Of a stretch of DNA of 64,000 nt, positions 51,427 through 64,000 are shown in pieces; position 1 is the stretch's first letter; each line of letters begins with the position of its first letter. Source of the stretch: Camelus dromedarius (lineage: Eukaryota); the NCBI RefSeq assembly GCF_036321535.1, contig NC_087437.1, forward strand, positions 76,200,001 through 76,264,000. The letters are read 5' to 3'. Both the position numbers and the translations under genes were made by a program. The notes beneath the pieces were generated by a model that worked only from the letters and a program-made list of their open reading frames with translations, ran no database searches and had not been told where the DNA came from.

Positions 51427-54354
51427 CTAACATCCGTATTTCTGAACTTTAACGTCAGCATTGGTGACCTGGTAATATCACACAATAATCTGTTTGTTAG
51501 AAAGAACTATTAACATATGAACATTTTTATAATGAGAAAAAACACTCTCATAAATAGAGCCCAAATAGATACAAGATTTAGTGAGGTTATCAGATAAAAA
51601 TTACATTTGATTCCTTCAACAAAAACCATATTGTGTAGTTTCAATTGAGCAAAGGTGTAATCAGAAAAATATATTTTGAATTAAAATGTATTGATAGGAA
51701 TAAATCAAAGTAAATGTGTTTTCTTCTAATGACAGTTTTATTTTCCTAGAGTGGGAATTTAAAATTGCTTAAATTGCTTCTAAGTTAGTGAGTAAGAAAA
51801 GTGCTTAAATGGTGATAAAATGCATAACAAATGTTTACCTACCATGCAAAGGATGACAATGAAGAGTGGTTCTGCACATGTCAAGATAAACCATGCACTT
51901 ACATTACTCTGTACTGATTTTTCTAACACACATACAACTAGCAAAAGCATAGACTTCACTATAATCTTTCACATTATTATACATTCTTATGTACCACTAA
52001 ACTCTTGCACAATGTATCATTTCTTTTATTTCACAGTATTTCTGACTTTTGCATCTTTTGTTGTCATTTCTCCTGGTTCTTCACTGCTGAATTATATCAT
52101 CGTTATGTTATAGAAGTAGTAAAAACGTAGGTCAAAGCATGTCTTTCAAAAATCACTGCAGGAACCCTAGAAGAAACAAATGAGGGAAGGATGTGCTTAT
52201 CTTAGACAATATCCAATAATGGTGACAATTGCTGTTCTTGGGAGAAGGACCATGGTAAATGTGTGACTTGAGTTGCAATGGCATTTTTGGTGATATGTAT
52301 AAACTTGAAAGCCCACCATTCTCAAGTGAGTCACACTAAGGCCAAGCTTTATCAGAAGTAAACATGTGATGATTATCCAGCTCAACATCTGTCTACAACT
52401 ACAACCACAAGGCTGCCTGGCAGGGCTTGATAATTCATCAATCTATTAGCACTTTCACGTGGAGAAATCCTATTCTGAGAAAGTGGTGGAGCACAGTCTA
52501 GGAGTGAGGATACATGATTCTAGCTCAGGTCCAACCTTGTGCACCTGAAGGATTCACCTAATCTGCAGGTTCAAGTTTTTAATCTGAAGAATGATGGGGA
52601 TGGACTAGATCTATAAGATCCCTTCCAAGTTCAAAATACAGCAATATTGCTCCATTGTGGGAGAAAAAAGGGCTTCCATTAAAAATTGATTAGCAATATC
52701 ATATATAAGGTGATGTTTAGAAAATAATTTCAATCTATATGGTTGCAGTACTAGTATGATGAATATGAATGCTCTTTAAAACAATTGTGTTTCTTTCCGT
52801 CCTATAAACCAGTTTAAACCTGAGCCAGCATCATTGGCCTCCAGGCTGGTGATGGCTTCAGTCTGTGCTTACTGGGACTCCCCACGCCTGCAGGGGTTGA
52901 TACAAAATTGCCAGGTTCTCTTGAAGTCACAAGGCTCCTGGGAAGCTGTTCTGTTGCCCCTACAGTCAAAACTAGTTTCCACTGGAACCTGTGCCAGCCC
53001 ACGAGGACCTTTGTCTCAGGGGTTCTGAATGATGCTTTGGGTGCCTGCTGGGGCAAGGCAAGGTTGGGGGAGACAGGTTATGTCTGTGCCTGGGACCTGG
53101 CCCTGCCAGATACCCCAGGTCAGGGCCACCTGCCCCAGGGTTCTGTTCCCTGTGTACCCTTGACTTCTCCCAGGGTTGAGAACAGCCCTCCATTTTCCCT
53201 CTTGCTACTTTCAAAGGGTCCTCCCTCTCTACTGTCCACCTCTAAGAAACTTTGCATAAACTCTTTAATGAGTTTAGATTTTTATCCAAGGTGGAAGGAG
53301 AATGTGGTTCATGCAGCCTCTACTTGGTCATGCAAATACCTCCAAAGAAAGGAAATACAGAATACTGAGACTAACATTTGGGATTGAGGGCAGAGAAAAA
53401 TGCATAGGCCAAAACACAAATTAATATCTCAGTAAGTCATCCTGTCACACTATGAAGTAATTAAAAATGTAATCACATTTGGGGGAAATGGATTTGTATT
53501 TATTTTTGTATTTTTTATTATTATTATTATTATAATTTTTTAAGTAACAGTTTTACTAAGATATAATTATATACTATATGATTAACCTATTTAATGTGTA
53601 TGTATTTGTTTTTAATAGCGAGTTTGAGTAAAGGCAAGTTTAATTAGCGAGGACAGCTAGAAAAATTTATGAATGTTTTTAAAAGGAACTTCCGAATACC
53701 TTTTCAAAGTTTTAAGAGTTTAATGATACAAGCATTTTTGTTGTGTAAAATTTCAATAAAATATTACTTGTATAGGATGTTATGGGGTATATAATAACAT
53801 TAAAAGTTTTTATATTATGATGTTAGCTGAAAGGGCAGGCTATAAAATTATAGATATAATATGACCACTCCTATAGGAAAATATGCATAGATAAAAAGAC
53901 AGCAGCAAAAAAATGGGCTAATTTTGGGTGGTCAGATTTAGGGCACTTTTTTTTCCATTTTTATAGAATATTATATTCCTTTGTTAGTATGTATAATTTT
54001 GGAGTAGGAAAGGAAAACTTATTTATGAAACTTCGGAATTTTCTTTTTTTTTGAAACTTGTATCATGGGTACTGCTCATCAGGTCTGACTAGGGTTATTT
54101 GGGGAGATCATAAATGATAATAAACTGCCTTTATTTATTGCTTTGTGGTTTACAAATTGCATTCAAGAACATTATCTTATTTCATTGCACAAAGAAGTAG
54201 GCATTTTCCTGAGGAAATTGTCAAAAGTTGGGGAAGTCAAGTAAAGAAGGATATTTTATTATTTATTTATTTTTTCCAGTTTTATCTTTGTTTTCTTGGC
54301 AAAGAATATACCTGCCTTAATTTTGCTTTCATCTTTGAGGTCCTGCTTTTCAGA

Positions 54355-54507
54355 TATTTTCTTAAACACCTTTATTGTGGCATGGTTCCTGTACAGTAAA
54401 CTACACCTATTTCAGATGTACACTTTGATGAATTTTGATAGATGTATGTGTACACCAATGAAACCACCACCACAATCAAGACAGCTAACATTTCCATCAC
54501 TCCCCAA
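54355..54507 (-). mobile_element. L1MB-type 3' end
   Basis: GTACACTTTGATGAATTTTGATAGATG...GAAACCACCACCACAATCAAGACAGCTAACATTTCCATCACTCC. Confidence 0.8.
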
Positions 54508-54705
54508 GAGGTGCAATAAGGACATTTTAAAGGGACTCCTCAGTGTAAGCAGTTGTCTCAGGTGGGGATGACTGTCATCTGAGGTGATGGGAGGCGGGGG
54601 CGGGAAAAGCACAGAGCAATTACATAGGGCATCACTGATCAGAGGAAAAGAGGGAATGAATGGGATTTGGGGGCGTGGGATTTTTATACATATTTCTATG
54701 CCTTT

Positions 54706-54795
54706 TTTTCTTTTTTTAATAGAGGTAGTGGGAATTGAGCCCAGAACCGTATGCATGCTAAGCATATGCTCTACCACTGAGCTACACCCTCCCCA
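54706..54795 (-). mobile_element. Short Vic-1-type SINE (tRNA head plus A tail)
   Basis: Minus strand GGGGAGGGTGTAGCTCAGTGGTAGAGCATATGCTTAGCATGC...GGGCTCAATTCCC; TSD CTATGCCTTT at 54696-54705 and 54796-54805. Confidence 0.9.
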
Positions 54796-55769
54796 CTATG
54801 CCTTTCTGTAGTCTTGTTAACTTAGGTCAGGTTAGCAGTTGTTCATAATGAGATTGTTCACAGAGGGAAAAAGAGGAGTGAGGAGTAAGGAACCACACTT
54901 GAGTGCGAGTGAGTGAGTGTGAGAGAAGGAAGAAAATAACCAAATAGCCTTCCACCAGGGGCATTTGTAAATCAGTTGTTAGTAAGTTTGAAAACACATT
55001 GGGGAGTATGCAAGATGAGTTTAGATAAAGTCTGTATCAAATACATTTTAAGAGAAATGGAGTTTTACTAATATGAGTAGATTGTACTGACAGCAATAAG
55101 GAAGATGGGATGAATGAAAAAATCTCTTTTGAAAGACTCACATTTTACATTAAGATTATAAACACTTTTTAAAATACACACACTTTGACATAACAGCTGG
55201 CTCCTAAATATAAAGAAATTTCTTTATTTTTGTTTTACGGATTCCCTATAAACAAAGCTATGACAATTCAGAGGGAAAAATATGTCATCTGTTTTACTCA
55301 GTAGTAACAGCTTATTTTATCAGAATTATCAAGTTAAATTATCATAGGCTGTATTTTTTAACATAAGGACTTTTAAAATAACCACTATTAACTTTCTCAG
55401 AATTTCCAGTCCTCTAAAATCACTTGAATTGAGGGAATGTTTTTTGGTGTCAGAGCCCAGGCAAGTATTTAAAAGATGCATAAATGCCATCATCTCAGTG
55501 TAACGTCATTGCAAGAAACAGAAAGCAGACTGAATCACAGAGGTGCAGTGCACTGGGATGGATAACTGCCGCCTTTAACACACCAGACTTTGGAGAACTC
55601 CAGATCCTGATGTGTTGCAAAATTTCTGGCATAAGAAATTCCATCAGTTCTTCCCAGGCTCAGCTGGAGTCCAGCCTCCTTAAGGAAGCCTCTCCAGACA
55701 CTGAGGCCTGTAGTGACCCTGTGCTTATTTGAAGGCATCACCCCTATTTAGTGCATCTGTAGGCTGACA

Positions 55770-56265
55770 GTTGTAACAAGCACCTCTAGTGCCCTTGTCA
55801 CCTCCCTTTGACTCACCTCTGATTTCAGCTACAGCTGTAGTAGAAGGGTCTGTGCAAGCTCAGACTTCAGAGAGTCACTCAGTGGGCATCCCAGCTCATC
55901 TACCTCAAGTTCCCTTGCTTACGGGGCTTCCTCCAACACAAGGGAACTCACGCTGTGGACGAGCCCCTCCTGGAAGTGTGGGAGAGTTATCGTTCCTGGG
56001 GAAAAGCCTGCATCAATAGGATGTGGGAACCAGTGGGTAAATACTTTCACCTGCTGTGAACATTTCTATTCTGTATGCTTCTTAAAGATCCTAGCAGAAG
56101 TGAGCCCCCATTGTCTACAACAATGACCTCTAAGTGGCACTATTATATTGACTTTTCCTCTCTTTCTTGTGCATTTTTCCTGCTCCCTCACTTTTGCTTC
56201 CTGGGACCACCTCCAAAATAGACTGCCTGACCCACGTCCTCCCTTCAGGTTCTGCTTTGAACAAT
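55770..56265 (+). mobile_element. LTR16-like ERVL LTR
   Basis: GGAACCAGTGGGTAAATAC...CTCCCTCACTTTTGCTTCCTGGGACCACCTCCAAAATAGACT...CAGGTTCTGCTTT. Confidence 0.75.
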
Positions 56266-56569
56266 AGTTATGCACTACTTTGCGTTGCTCCTGTGTTTTG
56301 TCAGCCTTTAAAAATCTTATTGATATGTTTTGCTTCCGCAACTCGATTGTAGTCTAATGAGGACAGCAAGAATTTCTTAAACATTATATCATGCCTTTCA
56401 CATGGTAGATTTCTATTAGTAAATATTTGTTAACTAAGAGGCTTAAGATGGAAGTAACTTGTCAGTGCCTTTGAGAACTCTGGTCACCTAGTGATTCTTA
56501 TAAAAACACTAGGTGTTCATCTGCATCAGTCTAGAAAATGGACATTTGACATTCTTTATGTCTACTGAG

Positions 56570-56960
56570 AATCTGTGCCCGTTCCTCATAAGATGGACAA
56601 CCCTCATCTTAGGCACTGAAAATATTGGCAGATCACTTTCCAAGCTTTCCTTGCAGTTATGTCATAAATTCCACCAATCAGATTGACCCATTCTGGACTC
56701 TGAGTCAAAGTCAGGATGCGAAGAAGCAAGGACTACTCAGAATCCATCCTGGTAATAGGGTAGTGGCAGCTGCAGTGGCAGCCACATCATGAAGCCGGTT
56801 CTTCAGCACATTTGAGGGCACGCTGCCTGGCAGGATAGCCTCTAATCCTGATTCTCCAGGCCTCTTAGACATTTCATAAGCTATTGAAAAATTTTTAAGT
56901 TCTTTTTTCTGAGCAAATTAGCCAGGGTGGCAGTTTGTTGTTTTCAATAAGACCTTTGAT
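56570..56960 (+). mobile_element. LTR33-like ERVL LTR
   Basis: TTCCTTGCAG...TTCCACCAATCAGA...CAGAATCCATCCTGG...AAATTAGCCAGGGTGG...TTGTTGTTTTCAA. Confidence 0.65.
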
Positions 56961-57330
56961 CCATTCTGTGTTTTCAAGGAGCCTTGAGGATAATTATTTT
57001 GGGTTGCTGGTGAGAAATGAATAGCAAACTCCAGTGTGTGGAGGGGTGAGGGGCAGAGGTGGTATTCAAAACCTCCTGGGGAATTTTAACACATTCCATG
57101 AAAGTATGTGTCCTTCCTAAGTGGAACACCCCAGAAACATCCTTAGTCTTTATACAACACAACCTGACTTGTGGCAAGCAAGGAAAGTAGAAATGTATTG
57201 GAAGCCAGAAGAATGGGGTAGGGAGGAACACCTTGTAAAGCTACTACATATTTCCTTCAGCTCCTCTGGCATTGCTGCCAGCCATTTCACAAACATAAAA
57301 AACACACACACCCCTTCAGTAAGGACAGTA

Positions 57331-57561
57331 CAGCGGACCCTTAACCAATATGGATTTGAACTGTGCAAGTCCACTTATATGCCAGTTTTTTCAGTAGTAA
57401 ATATTACAGTGCTACGTATTCCCCTGTTGGTTTAATCTGTGAGTGTAGAACCACAGATACAGAGAAACGACAGATACAGAAGACCAACTATAAGTTATGT
57501 GCAGATTTTTGACTATGTAGAGGGTCGGTGCCCCTAAACCTCGCATTGTTCGGGTCAAATA
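57331..57561 (-). mobile_element. Tigger2a-type TcMar MITE
   Basis: Degenerate TIRs CAGCGGACCCTTAACCAA / TTGTTCGGGTCAA, TA flanks, internal GTCCACTTATATGC and GGGTCGGTGCCCCTAA. Confidence 0.85.
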
Positions 57562-58029
57562 TATTTCACATTTAAAAGGCAAGTGACTGTTAACATGCCT
57601 ACCATCTATAAGCTAGGAACTTTCACTTTAGCAGACATGATTCCCTCACATGATGAGGAGAATGATCTCTTTAACAAAAATAATAAATAAGAGACCTGTA
57701 AATAATAAAAGGCTAGGCCATTATGGATGCTGTGTACTTTTATCAAGACAATCATAAGACAAATAAAGCAAGTCCATGCTTATTATTAATTTTTTAAAGC
57801 ACATAGCTCAATTCCTCCAAATCCTCCCCCCGTGCCAAAAATGCTTGGTATTGTCTACAGATTTTGCAAATATGTTAGGGTTAAGTTTAAGATTATCAAA
57901 TAATGAGTATATTATTATATTTTTAGGGAAAAAAGTGTCATACTTTACCACATGTGATACTAAAAACTGAACTAAAAACTGAAATAGTAAAATAGCTAAG
58001 ACTGGACAAGAAAGGATAGAATAGAGGTG

Positions 58030-58965
58030 ACTCTGGTGTCAGGATGAGGAGGAACCCTCTTAATATAAATCAACAAAAGAAGCACTAAGAAAATTGATTA
58101 CATATTCAATACATAATTAAAATACAGTAAAAAATTTTTAATTTCACAAACGCATCATAACTAAAATGAAAATGATATGAAAAAAATTTTAAATACATGA
58201 AAAATTGGTTGAGAGCCGTAATATATAAGGAAGTTTTAAAAATTAAAAGTAAAATAGGTTGATCCCAATCTTTAAAAAACAGGGTGCATATAAATAGATA
58301 CTTGGCATCAAAAGGAATAAACAGGAAAACATGCACAATTAGTAAAAATAAAAAGTAACAAGTGAAAGTAAATAGTATTTTCAACAACTAAATTTTTTTT
58401 CAAACCATTTTGTTTGCTTGAATATGTGTTGAAATGCTATTCTCATGTTAGAGTGCAAATTAATGCATAGTTTTTGGAAGGAAATTTGGCAAGTTTCAAA
58501 AAACCATAGAAATTTTGTATGCTTTGATCTAGTACATCCTCCCACTAATTTCTTTTAATGAAATAATCAGAGATGTGCATAAATATTTGTGGGAATATTT
58601 ATCTTAATACTTTTTTAGTTGCAAAGAAGTTAAAATATCGTGTGTCCAAATAACGTTATACATTTTTGACAGTTTATTCATATGATGGAATAACAGCCAA
58701 TAAAAATATATTTTTAAAAGAGGATTTATGACATAGGAATATTCTTACAACATTACATTGAATGGAAAAAGCAGACTGAAAAACTATACATATAGTTTTT
58801 TCTCAATTTTGTTTTTTAAAATATTCATGGAAAAAGTACTAGAAAACTATATGAAAATGTTAAGTTTTATCTCTGGTTAGTAAGATTTTGTTTATTTTCT
58901 TTATACTTTCTGTGTTTTTTAAATTCTATAATTAATTACAATAGTTGAAAAATAAAATCTTTTTA
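58030..58965 (+). mobile_element. Old L1M (L1MC/ME-type) 3' region
   Basis: GTGCAAATT...TTTTTGGAAGGAAATTTGGCAA...TTTGATCTAG...GAAATAATCAGAGATGTGCATAAA...GAAAAAGCAGA. Confidence 0.75.
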
Positions 58966-59366
58966 AAAGAGTAATTCTTCATTTTTTCCCACATGAAGTA
59001 ACATATTTAGTAGCATGATCTGCCTTTAGTTATATTGTGAAAATAGAAACAAATATTCATTTAGTCCATTTTAAGAACTTTTGAAATAAATAGAGCAGGT
59101 GTTAATGATACCAGTAAGAAGAGGAAGAAATTGAAGATCAGAAAGACTAAATGATTTGCAAGTATTCAGTTAGTTTAACAGCATCTTTTTGGAGCATATA
59201 TTAATTACTGTGAATTGGATTATGTGTTTAGGCATTAGGAATAAAAGATTAAAAATTGTTCCCAAGAGTGTACATTCTTATAGTAGATGACATTATATTA
59301 ACAAATATTTTCAATTAGTGGGATAAGTGCTGGCAGAGGTATGCAGTGGAAAATACAGAGAAAATA

Positions 59367-59445
59367 TTAGTTTGAACCACTGAAATTGCCAACATTCAAC
59401 TATTTTTGACTTACAAAAATAGCAATTTTGTAAGATTCATTCTAA
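59367..59445. mobile_element. MADE2 mariner MITE inside an L2 relic
   Basis: ~80-bp inverted structure TTAGTTTGAACCACTGAAATTGCC...TTTTTGACTTACAAAAATAGCAATTT...CTAA flanked by TA. Confidence 0.8.
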
Positions 59446-59507
59446 TATACCTGATGTTGATGGCTAAGCTGACTCTTGAGGAAGAGAGAGGAAGTTACCA
59501 GATGAGG

Positions 59508-60270
59508 ATGTATTCATCCATCAGGGTTAAATCAGGAGACAAAAACCATACTGTGAATTGAAGAGGAAAGTTTTATATAAAGAAATAGGGGATCTGATTA
59601 AGGCAGGATTGGCTAGGAAGAAGTAAAGAGAGCTCTAAAGAATATAGAAATAGCAGATGTAAGAACTAGCCAGTACCCAACCCTAGCAATATACCCAAGG
59701 AAGAGCTCTCTCCTCCACCCCAGGTCTGAGATCTAGAAATGACAGAGAAGTTGCTGTGACTGAAATCCTGGATATACACCTTCTAGGATGCAGGGAGGAG
59801 TTGTTTCCAAAGAGGTATCTCACTGAAGGCACTCTGCTGGGAAACAACCCAACCAAATAGATGCTGGGGAAAGCTGCTGGTGGCTCCTTGCTGCTGACTG
59901 TCCTGTACTGGAGAGACTGCCTGTGCTGCAGAAGCCTGGTATTGATGAAGCCAAAGTCACCCACACTGCAGGAAGTGGGTGTCTGGGAAGCCATGTGTAC
60001 TCCAGGAGCCAGGCACTAGGGAAGTTATGAGTTCTGTAGCAGCCTGGTACTGGAGAATCTGCACATGCTGCAGAAACCACCAAAGGAGCAGACTGGGAAC
60101 TGGAAGGAAAACCCTTTCATCCTACAGTGTCTCCCCACCGCCCTCTCCTGACAAAGTTTAGCGTGTGTCAGCTGGCAAATAAAAAGTATTTAAAAGGCCC
60201 ACCTGCATTTTTGCATAGCAGGCAATGAAGAGTGAGTTTGGAACTTAGATGATAAATTTGTAACTGGCAA
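59508..60270 (-). mobile_element. ERVL LTR (LTR41/LTR52-like)
   Basis: TCAGGGTTAAATCAGGAGACAAAAACCA...TATTTAAAAGGCCCA...GCAGGCAATGAAGAGTGAGTTTGGAAC...TAACTGGCA. Confidence 0.6.
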
Positions 60271-60329
60271 GGTGTGGAAAGGGTCTTCTAGCTTATAGAA
60301 TAACATGAGAGAAGACATGTAAGGCGGAT

Positions 60330-61870
60330 TTCCGTATCTGACAGCATGATAGCCTAGGTACCCAGACCATCATTCTCACCATAAAACAAAAACAAAACAA
60401 AACAAAATAAAAACAACTCAAACAAAACCTCTAACATCCTGGATTTTAAAAATAAGAAACTTGTGTTTAAATATATTAGTGAGGTTGCAGGAGAGTGTGG
60501 AATAATATAGATGTCAAAACTAAGTGAAAGCATGAACTTGACCACTGAAAATGTCTTTCACTTTGTGAGCAATTGCCAAATCTTTTGAATTTGAATTTTA
60601 CTTTTCACTTCTTGGGAACACAAGAGACAAAAGACTAATTCCAAGCTTCGCTCAAATTGTGAAATCTAATTTTGAGACTCTTACACTAGAATGCAGAATA
60701 CTCTGTGAAAGTAAACAAAACACTGATGGTGAATTTGTACTTATTCAGTGTGACAGTGAAATAAATTCACCCTACTCCCCATTTTGTAAAGGAACTGCAA
60801 AGAAAATTCTAGTGTTTAAACTTTTGTGCTGGTTGAAGGAGGAAAATTCTCTCCTTAGAATTCATGTCCACAAATCAACCCCCTAAGGATTACAGCCTGA
60901 ATTTACACTGTCCACTGGGTTTGGAAAACTTGAAGGTAAATATTAAGTTTAAAGTGATGCCAAGTTAGTAGTGTTCTAGGGTTTGGAGAAAGTAAACACA
61001 AATCCTCTCAGAAGAAGGTGTCTTCAATCCAGGCATCAAAAAGTCTTACATATAAATCCCCCAAATTACTAGGTCATCCATCAGAAATCAGAAAATACAC
61101 AAGGAAACATAGTTACAATGAGCAAGAACCAGCAGAATCAGTAAACTCACAAAAGCTATAACTATTTGAATTATCAACACAATTAGTGTGTTTAATATGT
61201 GTAAAGAAATAAAAGAGTAAAAGATGAACAATATAATTTGAAAATAAATCTCATAGAAACTTTAGAAGTGAAAAGGATAATAACTGAAACAAAATTCAAT
61301 AGGTTGGTTTAAAAGCAGATTAGGCACTGCAGAAGTCATAATTGGTGAACTGGAAGATAGCACTGAAAATTCTGCAGGATGTAGTACAGAGATAAAAAGA
61401 GGCAGAGAATAGGGAAAGACACTGAGACATAAATGATAGAATGAGAAGATTTCACATACATCAAATATTTCAAAGCCAAGTCAAAATGAAGACACTTTAG
61501 ACAAACAAAAACTGAGAGTTTGCAATCAATAACCCCTAACCTAAGGAAATTCTAAAATATGTGCTTAGGATGCAAGAAAGTGATTCCAAATTAATGGTCT
61601 GAGATTCAAGAAGAGGTGATAAAACAAAATGTAAAAATATGGGTAAATCTAGGCAAACACAGTAAAAAAAAAAAAAAAGAATTTAAGGAACTAAAAAAAG
61701 ATATACCTCCAATACATGGCTATAAATTGTAAGGGATTATTAAAGTGTTCTAGAGACAGACCTTTTATTGTTCAGGAGGGTGATTCAAATATTGAATAAT
61801 TTTAGATTTTGTAAATTAAATATGGTCAGATTTCTATGGTAAATATAAAAGTAATAGAAATAGAGTGGGC
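60330..61870 (+). mobile_element. Degraded L1M/HAL1 5' UTR-ORF1 relic
   Basis: AAAGCAGATTAGGCACTGCAGAAG...TTGGTGAACTGGAAGATAG...AATGATAGAATGAGAAG; CAAAAACTGAGAGTTTG. Confidence 0.7.
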
Positions 61871-62379
61871 TTATCTGTATTTTCAGATTTTTATTCTAAA
61901 TAACTTAATGAAAAATATTCCAGCCAATTAAGAATTCAATTAATTGTCCTCTGTGAAGAAGTTTGGATGCATAAAGGGCTTTGTGAATGCTTTGATCTGG
62001 ATTTCGTCTTACTATATTTTTGTCATTCTTTTCCTGGCTTTCTTGGTATGTCAGCTTCATTCTTGTAAGAAAATGACTGTAACAGTCCTAGAGATAATGT
62101 ATGAATGACTCAGATTCCAGAGTAAGAGGAAACTTCTCTCTGCTCAACTAACAAATGGAAGTCTTAGACTTCACTGTGATTGAAGCCACATATAAACCAA
62201 TTACTGTGGCCCGGGGTAGGGGTGGGGGTGTGTGTGGGGAGAGTAGGGGGGTGGGGAGGTTTGAGGGGGACGATGTCATGCACAAACTCTCTTGGGCTTG
62301 GGTTGCACAGCCTTCACTCTATACGTCTGAATGTCCTAGTCTATTAAACTAAAGAAATTAAGACGTCAGTTTTGAGGAT

Positions 62380-63040
62380 TTGCATCCCTTTTTCAATCAC
62401 TTACTGCACATATGCTTATTGAAGGTTTACATTATTCTAAATCTCACTGTTAAAGTTTTGAAATAATTTGAATATTAAATCAAACATGTTTTTGGGATAA
62501 GCCCCACTTTGTCATGACATAATATCCTTTTTGTTCATGGCTAGATTCAACTTCCTAATACGATGTTAAGAACTTACGAGTCTGTAGGGATATTGGGTTA
62601 GAGTTTTGTTGTACTGTTTCTTTCTGGTTTTGGTATCATAGTAATGCTGTCTTCATAAAATGAGTTGGGAAGTATCCCCTCCTCATACTTTATTTTCTTA
62701 AAGCTTTTGTGTAAATTTGTATGTATTTTTAAAAATATTCAGTAGAATTCACCTGTGAAGCCATCTGGACCTGGGGTTTTCTTTGTGAGAAACTTTTAAA
62801 TTATGGTATTCTAGTTATTTAATAGACATGGGATGATTCAGATTTTCTGTTTCTTATTCTGTTAAGTTTGGTCATTTCTACCTCTCAAGCAATTTGTTCA
62901 TTTTCTGTAAGTTGTTGGAAGTATTGGCATAAAGTTGTTGATAATTTTTCCTTATATTTTCTTAATATCTATAAGACTTGTAGGGATATATCCTCTTTTA
63001 TTTTTGAGACTGGTAATTTGTGTTTTTTTCTCTTTTTGAA
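62380..63040 (-). mobile_element. Degraded L1M ORF2 fragment
   Basis: TCTGGTTTTGGTATCATAGTAATGCTGTCTTCATAAAATGAGTTGGGAAGT...TAGAATTCACCTGTGAAGCCATCTGGACCTGG. Confidence 0.85.
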
Positions 63041-63374
63041 AGTTTTTAAATAATTTGAATAATGGTATTCACCTCCATATTGCAGAATTACAAATGGCAA
63101 GAAGCAAACTTGGTGTAATGAGGCCTAACTACTACTGAAAGTCACACTTGTCAATTTAGTGCCAAGGAAATCTAAGGATATTGGGGTTTCTTAAAGTTGA
63201 AAGGAACTAAACGTTAGTTAATCAATGGTAGTATTATATACCTGGTCATGATAACTCAAAATACTATTCTTGGCCCATGATAGTAGTTAGGGGAATAAAT
63301 GGATAAACATCTTTATCACAGAATGAGGGGAAGCAGATTGATACTGGAGGAATATTCATAGAATTCACTGCAGT

Positions 63375-63925
63375 TTGTTCAGTCTCCACATTGTCACAGG
63401 TGTTATTTTTCTAAAACACAACCATGCTTTTGTAAATTCCCAAATTAAAAGCTTTCCATGGTTTTCCCTTATCTTTTTGATCCATTTGAATGTTACACAG
63501 TGGCCTGCAAGGCTTTTTATACAATGGTCCTATCAGTCATTCAGCCTTTTTTCTTACCTCTTTCTCCAATGCAGTGCACGCATCCTAGATACATTCCTTC
63601 TGCTAATTTTATTATTTTGCCTCAGGTCACTATATTCATGTTGTTCTCTTTTGCCTGAATTTTTCTTCAAGGCCAAACTCAAAGGTCACGTCATATGCAT
63701 TTTTTTCTTTTCTCACTCCCAGAATAATTCATAGAGTCTTTTTCTGTTCTCCCATGGCACTTGTCCGTCCCTCGAGTCTATTCTAACATGTGTCACAATC
63801 ACCTTTAGATGGTTTAGTGGCTGCTCCCTGATACATAGAAGTTCTTTGAGGGCAGTGACTGTCTTACTCATTTCATACTCCAGATTTCTAGCACAATGCT
63901 TTGAGTATTGTATGGACTCAGCAAA
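63375..63925 (+). mobile_element. L2 3' region
   Basis: TTTCTAAAACACAACCATG...CTTCAAGGCCAAACTCAAAGGTCAC...AAGTTCTTTGAGGGCAG...TCTAGCACAATGC. Confidence 0.75.
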
Positions 63926-64000
63926 TGTCACATAATGCAAAGACACATGATAATTCCATAGTCCAAAATCGCAGTCTCACTCATAGAATAAACTAGAATT

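Noticed and set aside
52908..53387. 159-aa ORF
   Set aside because: TTG start, no recognisable family, no exon signals.
1..64000. CRISPR arrays, operons, rRNA or other prokaryotic systems
   Set aside because: The sequence is clearly mammalian; no regularly spaced repeats or gene-dense regions.

Overview
Mammalian genomic DNA, most likely camelid, judged from three Vic-1-type tRNA-Ala-like SINEs and a Tigger2a-type MITE. I find no credible protein-coding exon; the ORF track is explained by GC-rich promoter sequence, repeats and chance. The centre is a bipartite CpG island (~29.6-30.8 kb and ~31.7-32.7 kb) holding the 5' end of a minus-strand gene that I recognise from memory as BBX (HMG-box transcription factor). 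It shows a CCAAT/TATA promoter at ~32.66-32.69 kb, non-coding exon 1 (donor after 32495), a probable alternative first exon (donor after 31398) and a 73-nt exon 2 (29290-29218) carrying an upstream ATG. Bases 1-29217 are the start of the long intron 2, with old MIR/L2/DNA-transposon relics. Bases ~32.7-64 kb are repeat-rich upstream DNA. Most worth checking: candidate recursive-splice (YAG|GTRAG) sites in intron 2, uORFs, a tailless tRNA-Cys 5'-half retrocopy, a CpG-rich solo LTR nested in MER58B, an L1-processed ERV 3' end, and an L1 with a short 3' transduction. I cannot support a wholly new biological system. The gene name and repeat family names come from recalled sequences, not searches, and repeat boundaries are approximate.
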